From a virus, in the IMG/VR virus record IMGVR_UViG_3300045581_000900, positions 1 to 64,000 of that record: 64,000 bases of DNA. The stretch is one strand, 5' to 3'. Position 1 is the first letter of the stretch, and each line of letters opens with the position of its first letter. Below the pieces are notes generated by a model. That model was not told where the DNA came from, searched no databases, and was given only the letters and a program-made list of their open reading frames with translations. Positions 59,301 through 64,000 of this stretch are shown here, in pieces. The translations under genes were made by a program, and so were the position numbers.

Positions 59301-60794
59301 GGTGTACTGGGCGTCTTTTTTGGGCACGTACTTAATCTTGCCGTTCACCAGTGCCGCGACCATCGGAAGATCGGACTTCTCTTCGCCGGGGAACATCAGC
59401 GGCATGTCGGCGAGTTCCTGCGGCGTCTTGTACTCAGTCTCGCCCGTCTGGGAGTTCTTCACGGGCACGACAAACGTGTGCAAATTCTGGGCTGACTTGC
59501 GGGCACCGGCGGCAAATCGCATATCGACGCCTACCTTGCCGCTCTCGGGCGTGCGGAGATAGTCGATAAAGCCGAAATGACTCGGCTGCACGCTGCGGGA
59601 TTCGGCGGGAACGGCGTCGAGCGAGCCGATGCCGCCTTCGCCCAGTCGCGTGACGCGGGTCTGGTGATCGAAGATTTCAGCCGGGTTGATCTCTTCGAGG
59701 CTGGAACCAAGACCTGACCCGATAAGGGCCGCGGTGATCGACTTGTTAAACACGCCGGAAGGAATGTGATCCAGTGACTTTTTGGCCGTGGCTTTCCAGA
59801 GCAGTTGCCGCAGGGCTGTCTTGTCTTTGACGAACCGCTCCGAGATCAAATCCTCGGGGCCGAAGACCTGCTGATACGTCATGCTGTCGCGGTCGTCGCT
59901 GTCGGCTTCTTTACGATTGACGGCGATCAGCTTCTTCGTGATGTCGAGAATCGCGTCGGGGGTGAGATTCTTGTAGGGCTTGCCGAGCGTGCGTTTGGTG
60001 ACCTCTTCGTCCAACTCTGTCTTGTTAAACTCCGCCGCGATGGCCTTGATCTTGGCGATCTGGTCTGCGTTGGCGTCTGGTTTGAAGACAAGGCGTTGAT
60101 AAAGTTTGTCGAGCGTGCCGGCATCGCCCTTCTGCATGTTGACGGCTGTGATCTCATTGCCCCACGCCTCCCGCATCTGCTTGTCGGTGACGCCGAGCGT
60201 CTTCAGCAGGGGCATGAGCGGAATCTTGGCTTGGCCGATTTGAATCTGGAACTCGCCGGTCTTGGGGTCCATGTAATACCGGTGCGAGCGACCTTTGCCG
60301 GGCAGAGTATTGACGTGCGACTCCAGTTCGCCGTTCTCCTTCTCGCGGGTGAACACGCCCGGCCGCAGACGGAGTTGGTGGGCAAGGGTGTATTCAACGC
60401 CTTTGTTCACGAACGTGCCGGAGTCGGTGAGATACGGGACGTTGGCGATCGTAGCTTGGCGGGACGCGACCGGCTGCTGTGTTTTGTTGTCTATGAGCGT
60501 CCACGTGCCGGTGAGCTTCCGGGCCAGAGAGCCACGCGTGAGCACGGCCTTCTTTTGGTCCTTGCGGCTGAACCGTTCGGGGCCGGCGTAGCCGACGTTC
60601 TGCAACTGCAGCGTGTACAGATCGTTTTGAATCGGCTCGATGCTCGACGCACTTCGCAGAGCTTCGTTGAAGATATTGTCGCGAAGAGCGGGTACGTCGC
60701 CGAACGCTCGCGTCTGCGGCTGAGCGATCGGCTGCTTTGGCAGCGGCGGAGCAAGCGGCGGAAGTTGCGGGGCTGGTTGCAGCGGATCAGGCAT
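56367..60794 (-). CDS. rpoB: RNA polymerase beta subunit fused to the N-terminal (catalytic) part of beta'
   Basis: beta motifs PYLTDSGTF, RTPESGKVG, GRNYEDAVVISE, VGDKITGRFGDKGVV, MKLHH, GAKRVGMLE; then beta' motifs GGLFDE, VLPPAFRP, INRAPVLHR and the catalytic GADFDGD. Probable start ATG 60794. Confidence 0.95.
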   Translation of the reverse strand: MPDPLQPAPQLPPLAPPLPKQPIAQPQTRAFGDVPALRDNIFNEALRSASSIEPIQNDLYTLQLQNVGYAGPERFSRKDQKKAVLTRGSLARKLTGTWTLIDNKTQQPVASRQATIANVPYLTDSGTFVNKGVEYTLAHQLRLRPGVFTREKENGELESHVNTLPGKGRSHRYYMDPKTGEFQIQIGQAKIPLMPLLKTLGVTDKQMREAWGNEITAVNMQKGDAGTLDKLYQRLVFKPDANADQIAKIKAIAAEFNKTELDEEVTKRTLGKPYKNLTPDAILDITKKLIAVNRKEADSDDRDSMTYQQVFGPEDLISERFVKDKTALRQLLWKATAKKSLDHIPSGVFNKSITAALIGSGLGSSLEEINPAEIFDHQTRVTRLGEGGIGSLDAVPAESRSVQPSHFGFIDYLRTPESGKVGVDMRFAAGARKSAQNLHTFVVPVKNSQTGETEYKTPQELADMPLMFPGEEKSDLPMVAALVNGKIKYVPKKDAQYTVPNMDSTFSALTNMVPMKSMVKGQRVIMGSRMFTQALPLENAESPFVQSEKADLPGTSHEDEMGEKLGAIKSQFAGKVEAITPDEIIIRDQDGKKQTIDLYNDMPFNRKTFWTQTPTVQPGDTIKPGQLIATSNFTDKNGSAALGLNLRVGYLPFRGRNYEDAVVISESAAKRLTSQHMYQHEAEWDDNTHVGKKAFMSLFPSEYDKKMLESFDDNGAIKKGTVVNFGDPLVLVAKKREQVYGKVHRGRGGAFANETLTWEHHSPGIVTDVEHTKKGVSVVVKSKAQMEVGDKITGRFGDKGVVSEIVPDQQMPTDKDGNPMEILVSPLGLISRVNPAQIVEAALGKVAAKTGQPFKIKDFDDQKDLIEFAQQELAKHGLSDTEDLTDPESGRKIKGILTGHRFFMKLHHTAESKGQGRSTGGYTAEGTPAKGGSEGAKRVGMLELGALLSHGAGKVVRDSKMVRGQANPEYWTQFMAGYDPPLPKVPHVYEKFVNQLRASGVNTVRTGTKTHIMALTDKSVDELAGEREITSAETVDWKGNLKPIKGGLFDETLTGGHGGNRWAKITLHEPMPNPIMEEPIRRVLGLTEKQFRGILAGQDKLGDKTGPAAIHDALKSINLPKAIEQAREDIKSGRKTVRDAAVRRLGFLKGAETTNVHPKDWMLTKVGVLPPAFRPVSTMGSKKLPLVDDANYLYKELLDSNNVLKEASGTFADYGNERLSLYDSMKAVTGLGDPQHPKNVERNVRGFLSKIFGDSPKFGTMQRKLLSSTVDLVGRAVITPNPDLDMDEVALPEEKAWEIYKPFVVRGLVRRGMPRMNALRAVEDKNKAAFDELNTQMNAKPIVINRAPVLHRYGVMAFYPRLTKNKVMEVNPVITKGFGADFDGDAMQYHVPSTEEAAKEAVEKMLPSKNLFATANFKAHYVPNKDYQTGVYLASSKMNNRSKPRVYRSKKDALAAYRRGEIDVDTPVHIVEDKP

Positions 60795-60799
60795 GGCTC

Positions 60800-61915
60800 T
60801 CACACTGCCGGGGTGTTTTGATTGCCTAACGCCATCGCCTTTACCTGAGCCACTTCACGCGGGTCGATCCACGCTCCGGGCAAAGAAGTTAACCGCTCAC
60901 GAGCTTTGCGGGCCCGGGCAAGTTGCTTTGCCGCCGAGTTTTCTTGTGTCTTGTTATACATGTATGTGCCGCCGACACCTGCTGCTCCCAGACTCGCTAA
61001 CGCGGTCAGAGCAACGGGCAGCGTGATACCGACGTCAGCAAGCGTGCTGCCCCAGCCCTCGTTTTGCTTCAAGCCGTTGTTAGCTCCGTTCCCGCCGCCG
61101 CCAGAGCCAGCCCACGCTTCGGGGCTGGTGTGCACGTAATCCCAGAAACTAGCTCCCTTTTCTTTATACCCGTTAAACGCCGCATCCAAGGCTGCCGCTG
61201 CTTTTTCGTCGGCCACAAGCGTTTTGAAATATTCGTTTCGGGCGTCTTGGATTGCGTTGACGTTTTTTTCTTCTTTTGCTTTTGTATCGCGGCTGTCGAG
61301 CAGCGTGTTGGCCAATGCACCGCCGGCAACAAGGCCCGCAGGCACTGCCGCATACCGTCCGGCCATCGCCAGCCCCTCGTAAAAATTATTGGCGGCTTGC
61401 GGTATGTCAGACGTTGATTTTTGCTGCGACTCCGTCGCAAGTCGGCCAAGATTTGTTAACCCTAGCCCGCCAGCGAGACCAACGCCGCCGCCCATCGCGG
61501 CTCCTGAGAGAGCCGCCCGAAACTTATCTTTCTTCGCTCGATTGGCGTTCAGGTACGCCCCGATCCCGGCTCCCGCTACTGGCAGGCCGTAAAATAAGGC
61601 CTTGTCCAGCGGCGATAACGGACCAGCGGAATCCCACGTTGAAGACAGCTTTTCTACTGGTTGTTCGGCGGTTACGTCTTCGGGCAGAAAGCCAGACGTG
61701 GCAATCGCGTTATAGTCGGGGGCTTTTGGAAGGTGATCGTCCACAAGCTTTTTCTTAGTCCTTTTGAGCAGGTGAAACAGCCCCATGCCGCCCATACCTA
61801 ACGCAGCGTTTGTTAAAAAATTGCCAACGGCCGCGGCATGGTGCCGATCCCAAATCCGTTGGTCGTTTATGGCCCGTTCCGCGGCGGCGGCGGCCGGATT
61901 TGCTTGTTTCTTCAT
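60800..61915 (-). CDS. Gly-zipper hydrophobic protein, putative internal virion/ejection protein
   Basis: 371 aa; several GxxxG hydrophobic helices; begins MKKQA. Confidence 0.55.
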   Translation of the reverse strand: MKKQANPAAAAAERAINDQRIWDRHHAAAVGNFLTNAALGMGGMGLFHLLKRTKKKLVDDHLPKAPDYNAIATSGFLPEDVTAEQPVEKLSSTWDSAGPLSPLDKALFYGLPVAGAGIGAYLNANRAKKDKFRAALSGAAMGGGVGLAGGLGLTNLGRLATESQQKSTSDIPQAANNFYEGLAMAGRYAAVPAGLVAGGALANTLLDSRDTKAKEEKNVNAIQDARNEYFKTLVADEKAAAALDAAFNGYKEKGASFWDYVHTSPEAWAGSGGGGNGANNGLKQNEGWGSTLADVGITLPVALTALASLGAAGVGGTYMYNKTQENSAAKQLARARKARERLTSLPGAWIDPREVAQVKAMALGNQNTPAV

Positions 61916-61922
61916 AATGCAC

Positions 61923-62270
61923 CTACTTGGGCGGAATCATGCCATAGACCTGACACCACTCCAGCCAGACTCTGTAATGTTTTTTTTCTTCGTCCCAGTG
62001 GTTTTCACGTTTTTGCAACATGTACCAGCCGTTAACAATCTTATCATTTATGTCGTCAAATTCGTTTTTTTGCGACACGTCCCATAGTTCAAACAGTTTC
62101 GACTTGAAATCGAGCCGAAAATCTATGCCTTCTAGCTCTTCCTGCTTTAAGTTCGGTGTGACGCCGGCTGCGGCGAGTACGGGGAACCCTTCAGGCGTCC
62201 CGGGCCAATGAAGCCGATTATTGCCGTGCTGCTCCCCCGCAACTTCACCGAAGTACTTCCTTGTACTCAC
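61923..62270 (-). CDS. Hypothetical protein
   Basis: 115 aa; GTG start with GGAG RBS. Confidence 0.65.
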   Translation of the reverse strand: MSTRKYFGEVAGEQHGNNRLHWPGTPEGFPVLAAAGVTPNLKQEELEGIDFRLDFKSKLFELWDVSQKNEFDDINDKIVNGWYMLQKRENHWDEEKKHYRVWLEWCQVYGMIPPK

Positions 62271-62284
62271 AAATCACTCCGTTA

Positions 62285-62683
62285 TTAAAGGCCCTGAGCT
62301 TTCCGATACTTCAGATATGCCTGCCGAGCTTTTAAACGATCGGTGTACGCCTTGTAGGTGTTCGCGAGTTCTTGAGCCTTGATATCGTCTTCCGTGACAT
62401 CCGGCTCGTTGAGTTTTGCCAGCCCGTAGCCACCTGCGGCACCAGCGGCCAAACCGAGCCCGACCGGCACTCCGACGGCTAATGTGGCGACCGGCTTGGC
62501 CGCCTCCACAAGGGCTTTTGCCCCGCCACTAATAGCAGACCCTACGCCCAGTAAGTCAAGAGATGCTTTTTCAAGCCAGACGGCTCGCTCGCAGGCCGCC
62601 TTTTGCGATAATTTTTCTTCACGGCAGCGGGCGGCGAACCCAAGCTGAAAAGCTGTCTTGGCGTCAATATTGGCAAAATCCAT
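62285..62683 (-). CDS. Small Gly-zipper protein
   Basis: 132 aa; AFQLGFAARC; VGLGLAAGAAGGYGLA. Confidence 0.65.
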   Translation of the reverse strand: MDFANIDAKTAFQLGFAARCREEKLSQKAACERAVWLEKASLDLLGVGSAISGGAKALVEAAKPVATLAVGVPVGLGLAAGAAGGYGLAKLNEPDVTEDDIKAQELANTYKAYTDRLKARQAYLKYRKAQGL

Positions 62684-62684
62684 G

Positions 62685-63176
62685 TCACTCTCCCGGCAGA
62701 ATTAATTTTTTGGGGCCTGTGTTCGGCCCACCCATTGTAAAATCTGGGGCGACATGTTTTCCAGTGTCTTTTCCGAGCGGAAGCATGCCGGGCAGGCGAG
62801 TTGAAAAATCAGCCGCACTCGCCAAAGAAATACGGCTTTTTCGGTTCGGGCGGTGCTTTGTAAACCACTCGTCGACCTTGGGGTCGTTGCGGTCGCCCTG
62901 CTCTTTGGCCTCGTTTGTGCAGGCGACCATGTCCTCAATCGCCTTGATAAGCTCGCTGCGGTCGGCCGAGAGCCAGACGGCCTTGCTGGGATTTTCAGCG
63001 GCAATCGAGCGGAGCCGGCGGGCTTCGTCGGACAGGGCCTGAGCCCGCAAGAGAAATTCTTTACGCGTTAAAACGTAAAACTCACCGGTATCTTCGTCAT
63101 GCAGGCAGACAAAACCGTTTTCGGCGTAAAACTTAAGCCCGCGGAACGTGTAACACTTGCCGGTGACCTTTTGCAT
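62685..63176 (-). CDS. Hypothetical protein
   Basis: 163 aa; ends KKLILPGE. Confidence 0.65.
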   Translation of the reverse strand: MQKVTGKCYTFRGLKFYAENGFVCLHDEDTGEFYVLTRKEFLLRAQALSDEARRLRSIAAENPSKAVWLSADRSELIKAIEDMVACTNEAKEQGDRNDPKVDEWFTKHRPNRKSRISLASAADFSTRLPGMLPLGKDTGKHVAPDFTMGGPNTGPKKLILPGE

Positions 63177-63183
63177 CCTTGCA
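63172..63183 (-). promoter_or_regulatory. CsrA/RsmA-type hairpin over start codon
   Basis: TGC-AAGGAT-GCA containing the ATG at 63176. Confidence 0.5.
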
Positions 63184-63255
63184 CCTTTGTCGCATGTATC
63201 GGACCATAGAACGCGTAGGCACGTGTATATCAGCCGTTACGCGTTTCGGCAACGG

Positions 63256-63603
63256 CTATTGCACCAGCCGTGTGCCTACCGGTGCCGGCTGCTTGTACCG
63301 ATCCGGGTCTGATTTTGGTGTCTTAACGCCCGGAGCGGCGGGATAGATATCAAGTGTGTCACCTGTCGGCCCTTCGCAGTCGGGGCACTTGGTCCACGGG
63401 TTATTGCTGTCGCCGGTCCGCACACGGCCAGTGCCGTTGCAGTTCGTGCAGTCCTTCGTCGGCACCTTCGGCTTTGTGGGGGCCGCACTGGGAAGCGTGG
63501 CGGCGTAAGCAACATGAGCCGCAATCTCGCCGACGTAGTCGGTGTTGTCGGCGTGGTTGACTGGAAACAAAAACGCCAACACCGTCAAAAGCCACTTCCA
63601 CAT
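63256..63603 (-). CDS. Signal-peptide/membrane-anchored protein with DnaJ-type Zn-finger
   Basis: 115 aa; MWKWLLTVLAFLFP; CTNCNGTG...CPDCEG. Confidence 0.65.
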   Translation of the reverse strand: MWKWLLTVLAFLFPVNHADNTDYVGEIAAHVAYAATLPSAAPTKPKVPTKDCTNCNGTGRVRTGDSNNPWTKCPDCEGPTGDTLDIYPAAPGVKTPKSDPDRYKQPAPVGTRLVQ

Positions 63604-63672
63604 AGCAGTATCCTTTGTTTAGCCATCTTGTGCGGAACGACATAACTTTCTGCTGTCATTCCGCTCGCAACG

Positions 63673-63999
63673 TCAAATCTTACCCCGTGCCCCGTAGCTC
63701 TTCAGTTTTTTGGGCGGCCAGCCGTTCACGCCGGAGAACGCGATCATTGAGCGGTTCTTCATATCAGACCACTTTGACCAGAACGAGCCAACCGGAATGT
63801 CATAGTTGGTGCCGTAGATACGCGTCCCGCCGCGGTTCCATTCACCCCACGAATTTTGAATTAACACCAGCGGCTCACCATAAAGTTTAATAATCTCGGG
63901 GCGGTCGTCGACTCCGAGATAGGCAAGGGCGTGGGCCCAGCCCTTCGATGTCCGCTTAGATACGCCATTTTCATCTCTGACGTCAGACCACGATTCGCC
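63673..63999 (-). CDS. Papain-like (C1) cysteine peptidase, C-terminal fragment (5' end outside window)
   Basis: Frame open to the window edge: GWAHALAYLGVDD...VLIQNSWGEW carries the catalytic His and Asn motifs; the catalytic Cys is not visible. Confidence 0.7.
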   Translation of the reverse strand, partial: GESWSDVRDENGVSKRTSKGWAHALAYLGVDDRPEIIKLYGEPLVLIQNSWGEWNRGGTRIYGTNYDIPVGSFWSKWSDMKNRSMIAFSGVNGWPPKKLKSYGARGKI

Positions 64000-64000
64000 G

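Noticed and set aside
53430-60794. Host chromosomal rpoBC or a chimeric assembly
   Set aside because: No ribosomal protein genes nearby, motifs are diverged, zinc sites are lost, and the genes are tightly packed with phage head genes

Overview
64 kb from the virion-morphogenesis region of a large, GC-rich, contractile-tailed (myovirus-type, probably jumbo) phage. Essentially every real gene is on the minus strand, in the standard genetic code. Read right to left: a papain-like peptidase and a Zn-finger protein; putative internal head proteins; a bacterial-type multisubunit RNA polymerase encoded as a beta + N-terminal beta' fusion plus a separate C-terminal beta'; prohead protease, scaffold-like proteins, decoration protein and major capsid protein; neck; a 4.4 kb accessory island of promoter-gene-terminator cassettes (MoxR ATPase, vWA protein, a ~580 nt structured non-coding region); sheath, tube, spike/hub, frameshifted tail chaperones and tape measure; baseplate with an embedded sigma-70-family gene; five paralogous Cys-rich tail proteins; and a >1100 aa Cys/Pro repeat protein running off the left edge. 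Most notable: (1) a putative self-contained transcription system (RNAP + sigma + a thrice-repeated CTAAATA-N14-GGYATAT promoter); (2) seven covarying CsrA/RsmA-type ANGGA hairpins over translation starts; (3) a candidate large structured ncRNA; (4) pervasive K-x-A motifs in head proteins. Product names come from motifs recognised by eye and from gene order. No database searches or folding programs were run.
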